Of a DNA stretch of 48,810 bases, positions 28,203-41,292 are shown one piece after another (position 1 is the stretch's first letter; each line of letters starts with the position of its first letter). This stretch comes from Chromera velia (taxonomy: Eukaryota), in assembly GCA_018398765.1 (NCBI GenBank), contig JAHBMJ010000397.1, positions 1-48,810 of the forward strand, read 5' to 3'. The position numbers and the translations under genes are program-made. Under the pieces are notes generated by a model that saw nothing but the letters and a program-made list of their open reading frames with translations, was not told the origin of the DNA and searched no databases.

Positions 28203-29180
28203 GATGTGAACAGAAGCCGTTTGGGCCTGTGGATAAAGCTAGGTAAGCAAGTGTGTGAACAGAAGCCGTTTAGGCGTGTGGGTGAATGTTTAGGCGTGCG
28301 GGTACATGGAGAAAGAGGGGCATGGAAAGGAAGTGTGTGCAGTAACAGAATCCGTTTAGGCCTGCAGGTGGATGAATGAAGAGAAACGAAGAGAGTGAGC
28401 GTGTTTATAAGTATGTATGAGTTTGTGAACAGAAGCCGTTTGGGCGTGCGGGCGAGATAAGGAGAACGAGTGTATGAATAGAAGCCGCTTGGGCCCATAG
28501 ATTAATGAAGAGAGATTAATTGTGTGTCATTGAAGAAAAGTTGCTTGGGCCGCTGGTTAGGCCTGTAGATGAATGAAGAGAGATCAAGTGTGTGAATAGA
28601 AACATATAGAAGCCGCTTAGGCCTATGGATGAGTGAAGAGAGACAGGGAAAACGAGTGTGTGAACAGAAGCCGTTTGGGCGTATGGGTGAATGAAGGGAG
28701 ATAAGGAGATACAAGGAGAGCGAGTGTATGAACAGAAGCCGCTTAAGCCTCATGCAGTGAATCAATGAAGAATAATGAAGAGAGACATGGAGAGCAAGTG
28801 TGTAAACAGAAGCCGTTTGGGGCGTTACGAAGGTGTGGGTGCATGAACACAGACAAGGAAAGCAAGTGTGTGAACCGGTGTGAACAGGCTAGGTGAACAA
28901 GAGCTGGTTGGGGGTGTGGGTGAATGAAGAGGGACAAGGACTCACACAAGCATGTCAGCAGAAGATATTTGCATAGGCGTGTGGGTACCTGAATGAATAG
29001 AGATAGCCTGTCACTAAGAGGGAATGAGACTCAGTGTGTAAACAGAACTTCAAGCTGCTAGGGCCTGTGGGTAAATAGAAATAAACAAAGAGAGACAGAG
29101 AGAGCGAGTATGTGAATAAAAGCCGTTCGGGCGTGTCGATGTGAGAGTGTTAATAGAAGCCGTTAACTTTGGGCATGTGG
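28203..29180. repeat. Degenerate repeat array, core GTGAACAGAAGCCG(T/C)TT(G/A)GGC
   Basis: About 11-13 recognisable cores (e.g. ~28206, 28255, 28342, 28425, 28474, 28605, 28660, 28728, 28802, 29113, 29153) with variable purine-rich linkers. Confidence 0.85.
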
Positions 29181-29324
29181 GTGAGTGATCGAAGAGAGAC
29201 AGGGAAAATGAGGGAGTAAGTGAGTGAGCAAGTGAGACAGTGAGTGAGTGAATTAGTGAGGAAAGCAAGAATGACTCAGTGAGTCAGTGACTAAGTGTGT
29301 TGGTGAGTGAGTAAGCGAACACAA

Positions 29325-29851
29325 TCAACTATAACAACTAATATATTTGGAACTTGTATAACGTTGTGTTCAAACATTTTATAGACTAGCTCACAGTCTT
29401 AGTCACAGCTAGATGATTTAAAAGAGTAAGTTGATAATAGAAGGCGTATATAATGTTTGGCTACTACATATGCTACTATGCTACTACTAGAATGGCTAAA
29501 ATATAAATGAAAATAAATGAAAGAAAGATTACAGCATGTGTGTCTGTATGTAAAAGACCTATATATTGTCATATAATATTGACTCCGTGAATAAAAAATA
29601 AAAATGTAAGTAGATTTAAGTGGGGAGCACTGTGATTTTTTTTTTTTTAAAACAAAAATAAGTTGTTAAAGATTTATCAGTAATGTATTGCTGCGGTTAC
29701 AATGTCATTTTCTGTTTTACGTTTATTCACGTTCACACTATGTGTTAGCGAAGTTCTTGTACATCATTAATTTTCTTATTAGCAAAATTAATGATTGAGG
29801 TTTTTGTTATGTATGCCGCATCCCCGTATATGAGGGGCGGATCTAGCCTAG
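29325..29851 (+). mobile_element. Candidate non-autonomous Helitron-like element
   Basis: The AT-rich island begins A|TC at 29325. It ends with an imperfect GC hairpin (CCGCATCCCC-GTATATGA-GGGGCGG, 29816-29840) 11 nt from a CTAG|T end at 29851. Confidence 0.35.
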
Positions 29852-30299
29852 TCTGTCAAAAGGTTCCGGTTCGTTCCGTCTGTTCTACATCTAGGAACAC
29901 TGCTCATTGATCACTTTTATTGCGGCTTATTTTTCAAGCAGCGGTAGAGTAGAACTTGGAGAACAACGAAAAGAGGGGAGAGGCAAGGCAAAAACTTTCT
30001 AAAAGTTTGTCCCCTTGGCAAAGGCTACCCTTTGACGGCAGAGAACAACTTCAAAGAGACCCCCCCCATTAATTTGCCCCTCATTTTCTCAACCTTCTTT
30101 TCTTCCTTTCCTTTCATGCGCTTGCCCCCCCCTTTTTTCCCCTTCTTGTTTGTATAGCAAACGTATCTAATAGCAGAGCTCTTCTTATTTATTCTTCTCA
30201 ATCGTCTTGAAGCCCGTCCAGCCGTCTCCGGCCCTTTACGGCATTTACAGATACTGCGGTTACGCCTTTGCGCAGCCAACAACCGTGATTGAGGGTTTT

Positions 30300-30450
30300 G
30301 TCATGCACCATATATTAATATGTGAAGGGGAACCTGTTGCATGCATGTACCACGATCATGGACGCACCTCTCAGTGCTCTCACCCTATCTCACCCCTGGG
30401 GGCCACGGCATGTCCCATAGGGACATTACAATGACTGCATGCATGGATTA
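30300..30450. promoter_or_regulatory. TGCATGCA motif cluster upstream of the SNF2 gene
   Basis: tgcatgcatg at ~30338 and ~30436, plus catgca at 30302. Confidence 0.5.
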
Positions 30451-30883
30451 GTGCCTTGAAAAAAGTTGCAGGGCCGATAATGGGCCGATATAGGGCTTGC
30501 AGAGAGTATACGTCTTGCAAAATCTTGCAAAGACACCGAATGGCACCGGTGGATACCGATGGCATATATACACCGATGATCGAAGGTCGATGAAGATGGT
30601 TGCAGACAAATTAAGACTGCCACTCCGATATGTCTCACAAGTCCACAAGTCTGGTCTCTTCCAATTTTATGCTTCTCCGGCTGCCCTCCTGACCGAACGT
30701 TTCATGCTCCTTGACTGAAGATTTGAATCCGTCTCCCCTTTTCATATCTGCGAAGAAGAGCCGGGCCACATGACTTCCCTTTTCAGAGAGGCGGCCCAGA
30801 AATTCTAATTCGCGTAAAGCTCGTCGAAAACGACGCCTCCGGTCTGTTCTGATTATTCTCTGTGCAATGAGTTCAAGCTGAGG

Positions 30884-33800
30884 ATGGAGGAGGCAGGATT
30901 CGCTTCTTGTCGCACCGCGACCAGTTCGATGGGAAAGTATGAGATGCTGTTTGAGAAGTATAACCTCGGGGAGCTGCTTGATCGCCTTCTTGCCTCCGGA
31001 CCCCCTGACTCTCCCGGACCCAGTGGCAGCAGAGACCTCTCGGCTTTTGAGGGTCCCGGCAGGCCCTCTGTGCATTTCTCCAAACGCCTCGAGGCTGCCT
31101 TGACAATCGACAGGCAGTACTTCAGTGACATTGACAGCGTTTCCTTCGAGGAAGTAGAAAGGTTCGCTCAGAGCCTCAGCATTCGAGCTGCAGAACCGCA
31201 CCCTCCGCTCTCACCCAGACTCGGCCCACAAGGCCGAACACCCCGAAGGACCCACGCCAGGCCCGAATCTCCCGCCGATCTCCAACCAGGAGACGGTCAG
31301 CTAATTCAGTCGGAACACACCGAAACGCCCTCCTTTTCACCCTCCCCCATGCATGATTTCTGTCCATCCATGTTGACCCCGCTCCCTCACAATGTTAATT
31401 TGGACGCATAAACAATTTTTTCCGCTTTCGCCTTGCAGCATTTTCTGGTGTGCTTCGGAAATTCCGCCTTCCCTCTGCTCTGTTGACTCCTCCTTCTCGT
31501 TGAGACCGCCACCCCTTTTCCTTTTTCAGCCAGCCTAAAGCAGACCTTTCTTTCACTTCCTCTCCCTTTAATTCTCTTTCTGCTCGTGCGTTTGCCCTGA
31601 CTGACAGGCCCTGTGGGATTCCGCGTGTCCGTCCCTTTTGCGGGCTTCTACGGGGACAGCCAGAGTCTTCCCTTCACGCAGGCAACGCCCGGGCCTCCTT
31701 CTCCCAACGTCGCAGCGCGAAGGGCCCCAGAAGAAAGAGGGGGGCTAGGGATGCCCAGGAAAGCTGACAACAAAGAAGAATTCACCCCTCTCGCACATAG
31801 GTCACAGACCCCCGAGTTTGGTGCAATTCCCTTGGGGGGACTACGGGGGCGCTTCTTGAATGGAATCACCCCTTCCGAGAATATGCCCGAAGAAGCCTCC
31901 GATGGCAGAGCAGCAAATCCTCTGGAGGCACGTCTGAGAGAGACAAGAGGAGAGTCGGGGACCCGTGAGGGGGGCGCAAGTCCCCGGCTGGAGGCAGCAT
32001 CGGCTTCCCACTCACCCCTGATGTCTCCCTCGTCACTTTCCCCACCGAAAGCAGGTCCCGAGTCATCTGTGCCAGGAGTGGGAACTCCCCTGAAAAGGTT
32101 GAGGGAGACGGCAATGAGAGAAGACGGCGTGCTAAGTCTCGGTTCCCCTTCATTGAGAGCTGGGGGAGGGAAAGAAAGCCTGCAGATGGGGGGTGATTCC
32201 ACACAAAATTCTGCTTTTCGGGGCCATCCGAAAGAAAGACTTGAGGCCGCCTTGACTCAAAAGGTGTCACCTGGGAGAGATTTGTCGGGAGAGGAGACGG
32301 AAGACGAGGAGGGGTCGCCCCGGATGTCCCAACAACTTTCAGATGCACTAGCAAGGTCACTGGGTGTTTTGGATGAATCGCCTCCCCGTCTCCTCCTTGC
32401 AGACTCTCAGCTCACCCAAACCCAGACGCAGACCCAGAAAGAGGTCACACCTGCCTTGCGGGACCGTCAGTCTCCATTGAGTTCTCATGCATTGGACCGA
32501 GAAGGTGGGCCTGCAGCTGCTGCTGCTCTTCTGGAGGAAGGGGAAGAGGGGGAAAGAGGAGCAGGGAGGTCTCGGCCTTTGAAAGCCAGACAGGGGTTTC
32601 AGGTGCTGACCCCTTTTCGACTCTCACCCCTGACAAAATCCCCTGACAACAATTTCGAGAGAGCTACCGCCTCTTCTGGGATCAAGACGGGGGAGTCAAC
32701 AGGAGAGCAACAGCAGTCTCAACGGGGGGATGCACCCCTGACGTCCCATCAACAGTACACCCCACAAGCTCGCCGCGTTGAAGCAAACGAGACGCCGCGT
32801 CCCCTCAGTTCAGGCCCTCTCATCTCCCTCGAAGCACGCCTCAGCGCACTAAAAAGCCCCGAAGAATCGGCTCAGATCACCCCTGACAGCCCAACACTTT
32901 CCCCAAGAGGGCTGTCTGCAGGTCCTACAAGAGACATAGCTGTTGCGAAATCTAAGGCAGACTTAGCAGGCAATCTGTCTGCTGCGTTGACCTTGTCACC
33001 CCCGGTGTCCCAACTTCCATCGCAACCTCTGTCACCACCTTCCAAAGGCACCCCAACGTTACTCACACCCGTCATGAAGACGGATGAGGGGCGACCGAGT
33101 GCTCAGTCCCCTGGGAGAGTTGACGCGTCACCCCTTGCGTCCCCGCAGCTTTCAAATTACTCCCCCCGACGCCCACCGAAGGCGCAAGCAGGACCTTCAG
33201 CCCTCCCACCCCCCCTTCTGGCAGGGCCCCGCACCCCTGTTCCTGTCACCCCTGACAATGTCCCTCAGGATTCTCGATCAGTTTTGATCACCCCTGTAGC
33301 TGAAGCCCCCCCCTCTGCCAGTGTGTCACGTTGTTCTGTCGGATCCCAAACGCCCCTCTGGGACCGCCCGATCTGTATGAAGGATACCCAGCGAGGGGGG
33401 AGACACAGACCCGCATCATCCGCCGATGTGTCACGAGGTCGGTCACCCCTGTCAACAACAACGCCGCCTCCCAACGCAAAGGCCAAGCATAGACCCAAAC
33501 ACGAGTCCCCTTTCCTCAGGTCCTCTGCCTCCCGCAGGGCTCTAGGTCTCCTCGACTACCTGCAACCTCCTCAAGGGGCAGCAGCAGGGTCTGAGGTTCA
33601 CTCACACCAAGGGAGAAGACACCCGCCTTCAGCAGGTTCCTCTCCCGTACAGGACGTCAGAGAGACCCCACCCATGGGTAGACAACCCCTGTCGTCCATA
33701 CGAAGCCTTTCGCGTGGGTTGTCTCTTTCGACTCTTCGCTCCCCCCCCGAGTCTCAATCTCGACAGAGTCTGGAAAGGCAGTTGTTGCGTTCTGCCAGAG

Positions 33801-34691
33801 GGGGCAGCGGGGGCCTGAAGGGGGGGGCGCGCGGCAGGCTGGGCTCGGGCTTCACATCTGAGGCTTCTCCTGTCAGCTGTCGGGTTGAGAGAGGGAGGGA
33901 GGCACGGACGGGTACACCCAACAGTCGCGTGAAGCAGGCAGAAGGGAGGGAAAAGCCCAGGGCCCAAAAGAAAAGCATCAGGGGCGCTGGCTCGGATCGT
34001 GAGGGGGGGGGGACAAAAGGTTCGTTTCATGTGCGTGCATGATCTTTTTCTCCCCCTCTCCGTTCGTCCCGCTTTCTCTCTCTCTCTGCCTCCCATTTCT
34101 TTCCTTGCATGGCGTTTCTTTTTCTTCGGGCCCCCTTTAAGCCACTCAGTGCGCTTTTTTTCCCCTGCAACTGTACCCTTCAACTTTCTTTTGCTTCGAT
34201 CCTCTCATTCTCTATCTCCCTGTCTTTGTTTGTTTGTTTGTTTGTTTTTCTGTCTGTGCGTGTCTGTCACTTTTTGGCTCTCCAGGAGAATCGCAAAGAC
34301 AGGAGCGGACGGAGGAAGAAGAAGTCTTGGACGGGAGTGGTCTGCTTAGGAGTCCCCGAGACGAACAAGACAGGAGAGGAGAGGTCTGGAACGGGCTCTT
34401 CCCGTCAGTCCGTCAGTCAGTCCAACGCATCAGCTGTTTCCGTCCTTCTCTGTTTCGCCTCCCCCCTCCCACCCCTTCGTCCTTTCTGGTCATGTTTCCT
34501 TTTTCCTTCCTTGTCCCCTATCATGGATCCTCCCTTCCGCCTCTTCTCATGTGATGGTCGTTGCCCTTGAATGTGTCGCGACTGGATGGACAGATTCGTG
34601 TTCCGGCAGGTATAAATCGGGGAGTATTTCAGCAGATTTGGGGGGGAAATTGGTACGTCTTCGTCTGTCCCCCGGCGTCTCCCTCGTTCAA

Positions 34692-34745
<54 letters not shown>

Positions 34746-37700
34746 AGGTTTCAGCAGCATGCTGTTCTCTGGATGCTGAACAAGGAGAAGGAAGGTGAAG
34801 GCGGAAACACCAATGGGAAGGGAGGAGGAAGGGGAGGGGGGGGGGTCTTGGCAGATGACGCAGGTCCGTCCGTCAGCAGATCTGAAGGGCATTTATTTAT
34901 GCAGTCATGCAGTTAGACGGGTCACTCACTCCATATGGATACAGTCTTGCAGACCGACAAGCGGGTGAGGGAAGTGTGCGTAGCAGATCCTGTGAGGGCA
35001 TCTTCTCTCGCTCACACCTTTAAACAGACTTTCGACTTCCTCTGCCCATTTTTCCCTTTCTCTCTCTGTCGCAAAAGCCATTTGACTGTTCATGTGAGAG
35101 GCCGCGCTCCTGATTTGCTTTTCTCTTCCTTTCAACTGTGATTTGCATGTTGAGTTCTGCCCGTCTGACGATTTTTCTTTCACGTTTGGCTTCTTTCGAT
35201 CTGCCTGCCTGCCCTCCATGCATCCATGCATCCATCCATCAGGCTTAGGAAAGACACTGAGTGTGTTGGGCCTGATCGAGCAGAGCGCTGAGGATTGGAG
35301 GCATAGGAGGAGCAGAGGGGGGAAATTGAGAGAGAGGGAAAGAGAAGGACCCACACTCGTGAGCCGAACCGCTCTTTCTTTCTTTCCTTTCTTTCTGGCA
35401 CTCAGAATTCATTCAACTCAATTCGGCCTTGTGTGAACCCGCGCTCCTTTTTTCTTTTTTCAGGCTTCAAGTTAGTTGTGAGGCTTCTCTCTGTGGGCTT
35501 CCAAGGGAATCCTGATTGATTCATCGTCTTCCTGTCTCCTTTTGATTCTCCTTCCATCCTTTTTCAACACTTTCATGAACATTCGCGTCTTGTTCTGATG
35601 AGTCGCGCCTTGTTCGTTCGATGGACCGGGAAATCGTAGGTTCTCTCTTCCATCCTCGCCTGTCTAGGTGTGTGTCCATGTGAGTCTGCCTGCCTCTCTT
35701 CCTGCCTCCAGGTCTTGACAAAGGCTTCCCTGGTCTCTCAGTGGAAGGAGGAGGCCCGAAAGTTGGGCCCTAGTTTGAGGGTCCATGTGCACGCAGGTCG
35801 GGCGTGAGTTTGCGGGTGCATGCAAGCAGGAGACAAAGTGCATGGAGAGAGGGGCTTTTGTCGTGGTTTCTCTCTCTCTCTCTCTCTCTCTCAGAGTCAG
35901 AAAGATGAAAAAAAAAAAACTCCTGAAGGTCGCCTTGCCAAAAGAAGATGGGGGGTAGAAAAAGCGTGAGTGAGAGAGAACGCTTCCTGTGGGCGAACCG
36001 TTGGCTCACACACACTGCAAGAAGCAGAAAATGGTGTAATGTGCTTCCTTGGTGTGTATTCATAGAATCTTTCGTGGAAAGACGTTCACACCCGGTTCCC
36101 TGTTTGCCCTCCCTGCTTCTTGCAGGAAGCAGTCATGCGAAGAGACCTGGACCCTCGCAGCTTCGACAGTTCGCTGTGGTGATCACGTCCTACGAGCTTC
36201 TCGCAGGCAGGGTGTGTAGTGAAGAAATAAAGGTTTACAGCAAAAGGAAGTGGCGCAGAACTGAAATCTTGAACACATTGCTGAGTGCAATGCGATACGT
36301 CACAGATGTACTAGAGGGCGATGCTTCGAGGACATTCAATCATCTCTCGCTATTCCTCACATATACACACATTCTGTGTATCTGTCTATGTATCAAGATC
36401 CATTTTTATTTCTATTTCGTCTCTGAATCAATTCACATCTTTTGATCTCCCCTTGCGTTCCTTCCGTCTTTCTGTTGTGCAGGAAATGGCAGCGTCAGAT
36501 GCTCGTGACCGTGTGGCCTTGCAGAGGGTCCTCTCCCCCCCCCCTTCTCCTTCGTGGTCTTCGGTTCAGTCTGGGCGGGTGGACGTGAAGCGAGAGGAGG
36601 GGGTTGACGAGGGGATGGTCTGTTCGGACTTGGCTTTGTCTGACGAGGAAAAAGAGGAGGAAGAGGACGACATTGAGTCTGTCTCTTCTGGCTGGGGAGA
36701 GAGGGGGAGGGGCGGGAGGAGGGAGAAGGAGAAAGTGGTCGACGTGATTGAAGTGGAGAGTGACGAAGAGGAAGGCAACGACAAAGAAAATGATGGAATG
36801 AAGGCGAACAGTACGGATGCAAGGTCCTTGGGATTTTGTGTGTTTGTTTCAGTGAGTGAATGCTTCTTTCTCTGCAATAACATAGGGGGGGGGAGGGAGT
36901 CTGAGACAGAGACTTGCGTCATGTGACAGACAGAAGTCCTGTCTCATTCATTCATTTGTTTCCATCTTCACACACACTGTGACCCCACTGTTGGTGCTCT
37001 CCTTTCCAACGGGCGTCCTCTGTTCGATCAGCCGGGCTTTTCAGAGGGAATTGTCCATTCAGGTAACCTGCACGGGGTTTGTTTAATTGTACCTTTATCT
37101 TGTATCATTCATGGTAGTTGTTCCTGCTGTTGTCGTATCAAGTCTCCTTGTTTGCTCTGCAGTCTCGGGATGAATCTTCTGGACCGCGTCGCACGGATTG
37201 CTCCGACAGGAAAAAGGGAAAGAGGGGGGTTGGGAGCTGTGGCTGAGGAGGGGGGAGGATGGATTCGTGCGCTTGGAAGGGGAAGAGGGAGAGAGAAAGG
37301 GGAAACAGAAGAGTCATTTGCTGGACATTCCGGTGTTGAGGTCGTGAAAAAGAAAGGGCGTCGGGAGTGCGACACTGATCGGGTTGCGGTTCTGCATGCG
37401 GTGCGGTGGTCCCGTGTCGTGTTTGACGAGGGACACACCCTCACAAGGGGACTGGGAAGGTAGGCGGGGACTTCACGGAGCATGAGCTTCTCCTCGTTTG
37501 GTGTTGCGTCAGGGGTGGCCTGTCCCCTGCTGCTTAGGTCTCCTCTTTGTTCGTTTAATTTGCCCTGAGACGACTTTCCGTTGTGTGAAGACGGTCTGAG
37601 AGAAACCCGCCCCTCTTTGGTATTCTTTCGAACGTGTACAGCCGGCTTTCTTTCCATTTGAATCCTTTGTCATGCAGAATTTTTGGCAGACCGGCTTCCT

Positions 37701-40700
37701 TTTCAGTGCCCTGACGAGTTTCTCTCAAATCATTCCGCCTCTCTTTTTTGGTCTGTTAGCCTGTCCGTCTGCTTGTCTGCCCCTCTGTGTGTGCAGGAGC
37801 AGAAAGTGGAAAGCAGCCCTGTCCCTCAAATGCGACCACAGATGGCTTTTGACAGCAACGCCTCCGTCGCCTGTCGAAAGGTCTGTATGCTTCTGGACAA
37901 CTTGAGAAAAGTCCTTGCTTTGTGGTTGTCCTTCTTTCTTTCTTTCTTTCTTTCTCTGCACCCTTTTTCTTTCTTTCCCTCGGAGGACACTTAATCCATC
38001 ATGCAAGTCGGGTGAAAGAAAGCAGGACCTCGGGGGCGTCCATCTGTCCTTCATCCGTTCCTTCTTTGTCTTCCCCCTTTATCATCCATCGATCATCCTT
38101 CCTTGGTTCGGTGGATGGATGGATTGGCCTAGCTGTGGGAATGCATGCAATCTGTCTGTCTGTCTGTCGGTCTGACACACCGGCTCCATGAAGAAAGAGG
38201 GGGGGAGAGGAAACGGGATTGAGTCAAACACTTCTAAGCCTCTTCCTTCTGCCGGCTCTGCAGACCTAGTGAGGTCACCAACGCCCTGACGCTTCTCTAT
38301 GGACCTGATGGACTTCCGGCAGATGGTTGTACAGATTTTTTGGGTAGTCGGGCAGCAGAGTTGAAGGGTTTGAGTTCTTCAGACAGGGGCCATGGAAAAA
38401 TGACGACACAGCTTTACACGGACATCACCCTCAAACGATCAGTGAGCGACGTGCAAAGGTCAGAAACAAAGGAGAGAAAAAAGCAGTCTGCATGCATCCG
38501 TCTGTACGTCTGCATACGCGTCCAAACGTGTGGGCGCGATTCGATAGAAGCACAAGAGAAGTCTCTATAATTCCTCCGGTCTCTTGTCCCCTCTCTCCAT
38601 TTCTCTTCACTTCTGTGTCTCCACGTTTACATCTCAAACTCACAGAATCGAGAAAGGGAGGAAGAGGGCTTGAATGATCTTCCTTGCCTTCTCAACCTGA
38701 CAACACGATTGAAAAATCTATTTTTTCTTTCTGCCTGTGGTCATGCACAGATAGCTTCAGTCTCTGTGGTTTTGTTGTCGTTGCACGCTGCTTGTATATC
38801 CTTTCAGGGAGCTCCGGCTTCCCTGCGTGAGAGAGAGGGTCCTCTGGGTGCGTTTGTGTGCTCGAGGGCGGCGTCTGTATGAGAGTCTCCTTCCTGGTTC
38901 AGGGGGGGGCGGGGAGGGGCGACTGTGGGGTTCCAGAGAGGAAGACGAGAGGGAAGGACAGAAGGATACAGTGGGAAGAGCTCAACAGAGGCAGCTGCTG
39001 CTGCGGCAGTGTTGTCTGGATTTCCGTCTCCTCCCTCCGAGCCTTTCTGTGAGAGAGAGAGCGGAGGAAGAGGAAGGGGAAGACGGGAGGAGGACTGAGA
39101 AACAGAAAGAGAAAGAGAGAGGATCGAAAGTGAAGGCAATAGTAGAAGATATTGTTGGACACCTGACGGATACCCACAGAGAGACAGGGCACGACCAAAG
39201 GGAAGAAGAGTGCGAGAGAGAAAAAGAGAAGGAAGACAAGAGACCTCGGAAGGTCCTCGTCGTCTCTGAATTTCCTTCGTTCCTTCGTTTGGTTGGGGCT
39301 GAGCTCCAGAGGCATGCGGGGTTTGGGTCAGTGATTTTCTTTCAAAAAGAACGCATTTGCTTTGTTTTTATTCTTTTCTTTCCTTCTTTCTCTCTTTATT
39401 TTTCACTTTTTCCTTCTTTCCTTCCTCGACGGATCAATTTCGTTTCTTTTTTCGCCGCTAGAGAGAGATCTGTTCTTTGATTCCATTTGATGAGACACTT
39501 TCTTTCTATTGACCATCAGATAAACAAATGGATCGATTGGTCAATCAATCTGATGGATGCCCATCTCGATCGCACCCGACATTTTTGTTCCTTCCACTCG
39601 TCCCGCAGCCGCCTGTGTGGAGGTAGAGGGCCGCGGCTTCCCCCCTGCCCCATAGTGCGCATAGACGGAGAAACGAGCATGACACAAAGGACAAGGAGGG
39701 TTGCGGCGTTCCAAAGAAAGAGGTCGGTCCGATAGCAAGTGTGGAAAACGATTCGATCGCAGCAACAGGGTTGTCTGCTGATTCCTTTTGCACATGGAAG
39801 ACGACAAGAGCTGTCCCTCTAGCAACAGCATCGTGTGTTTTGAGAGGAAGTCATGAAAACACTTCCGCAGTCCTGAATGTAGAGGAAAAGACAACCGACA
39901 GAGAGTGTGTCGCCTTCGAGGAACCCAGAGCGAAAGGGGAAGGGGCACAGTGGATGGGGGAGCTTTGCTACCGATTTGTTTGTCTAGTTAGCAATAAAGA
40001 GGGCTTTACTTTTTGCGCCTTCTGAGGGAAATGTAGTTTCCGGCTTTCTCGAACTTCCTTTTTTGGACTTTTTGTTCTTTTTTTTTGTTTTTTGCAGTGG
40101 CGGGCCTCGTGTGTGTCTTCTTGCTAGTCGTGCCTGCGGACAGGGATTGAACCTACAGGTAGGTTGCGATGGTGTTGCAAAGAGTCGAATTTTTCCTTCT
40201 TCCTCCGTCGGTTGCCCCCATTCCTTTCTGTGTCACTATCAGTCTTCCTGCCTGCCTGCCTGCTCTCTCTCTCTCTCACTCTGACGGTCTTCTTTTGTCC
40301 TTCTTTGTTTCTTTTTGTCTGTCTTTGTTCACTTGTTCCTCTGTCGCTTTCTCCTTTTTCATTGCTTTTGTTGATGTGCGTGTCTCTTTGACTAACAGGC
40401 TGTCCCAGTCTTTCTCCCTTCCCGTGTCTGTGTGGGACCGAGCGTGTGTTCTCTTAGGAACTTCTGCCTGTTTTGTCGTGCCTATGGATGGATGGCGGTC
40501 CGGAGATCTGAGGGGATCGGACCAGATGCATGTCTGCAGCGGTCTATGTGGATGTGTCTGTGCATGTGTACAAGTGTATTTGACGCGCAAGTGAACGTTT
40601 TTCTGTGCGTGTGCCTACTGGGCCTGCAGGCAGCCTCTGCAGTTTACATATGTGAACCCCCCATGAGAGACTCCAGTAGAACGCAGGCAATCGGCAGGGC

Positions 40701-41292
40701 GAGGCGCATCGGAAGTTTTCAGTCAGTCAGTCAGTCAGTCGGTTGCATGATGGGGGGCACATTCTTCCTCCCTCTTGATTCTCTCTCTTACCTTCCTTTA
40801 TGGTTTTTGAACAAATTCTCCTTGGCAGCCAGGCAAAAGGTTTGTCCGTATGTTTGCTCGTCAAGATTTTGTTTTGAGCCTTCATCTTTGGCTGGACCAC
40901 TCTAGAACAGACAGATAGAAAGAACTCCACTGAAGAAGCAAGAAAGAAAGTTGAAAAATGCAGTCGATGAATCGATACTTCTTCCCGTCGAGCGTGTTCG
41001 CGGCACCTCGCCCTGCCTATCTGGGTGTAATTATTGCACAAATGTGTACTTCGTCTTTTGCTCGTGGATTGCACCGTTACTCAGCCCTTGGTTCTTCATA
41101 CCTGCACCATCAATCAACTCCTGTTCATCTGAGGTTTAATTCATTTTATTTTGACATTTCTTGATCGGGTGCACTGATTCTCAATATGTCTCTGAATCCT
41201 ATGCATGCAGTTCCTTTGTCGAGTTGGTCGACGTCGTCGTTGAAGACTCAGTCGAAGAGGACACCTTTCAGCTTTGTAAAGCAAAAAGATAG
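30884..41292 (+). CDS. SNF2-family DNA-dependent ATPase (Rad5/Rad16/Lodestar-TTF2-like, no RING) with long disordered N-terminus
   Basis: 16 phase-compatible exons: 30884-31295, 31608-34019, 34286-34403, 34748-34863, 35243-35358, 35712-35796, 36126-36211, 36483-36823, 37163-37459, 37797-37880, 38264-38458, 38808-~39326, 39609-39722, 40098-40158, 40630-40721, 41211-41292. Motifs: LFPFQQHAVLWM, GGVLADDAGLGKT, SLVSQWKEE, VVITSYE, WSRVVFDEGH, RWLLTATP, SKVKAI, KVLVVSEF, RIDGET, ACGQGLNLQ, QAIGRARRIG, VEDSVEE. True start codon uncertain. Confidence 0.9.

Noticed and set aside
28203..29180. CRISPR-like repeat-spacer array
   Set aside because: Repeats are degenerate, spacing is irregular, linkers resemble each other, there are no cas genes, and the context is eukaryotic.
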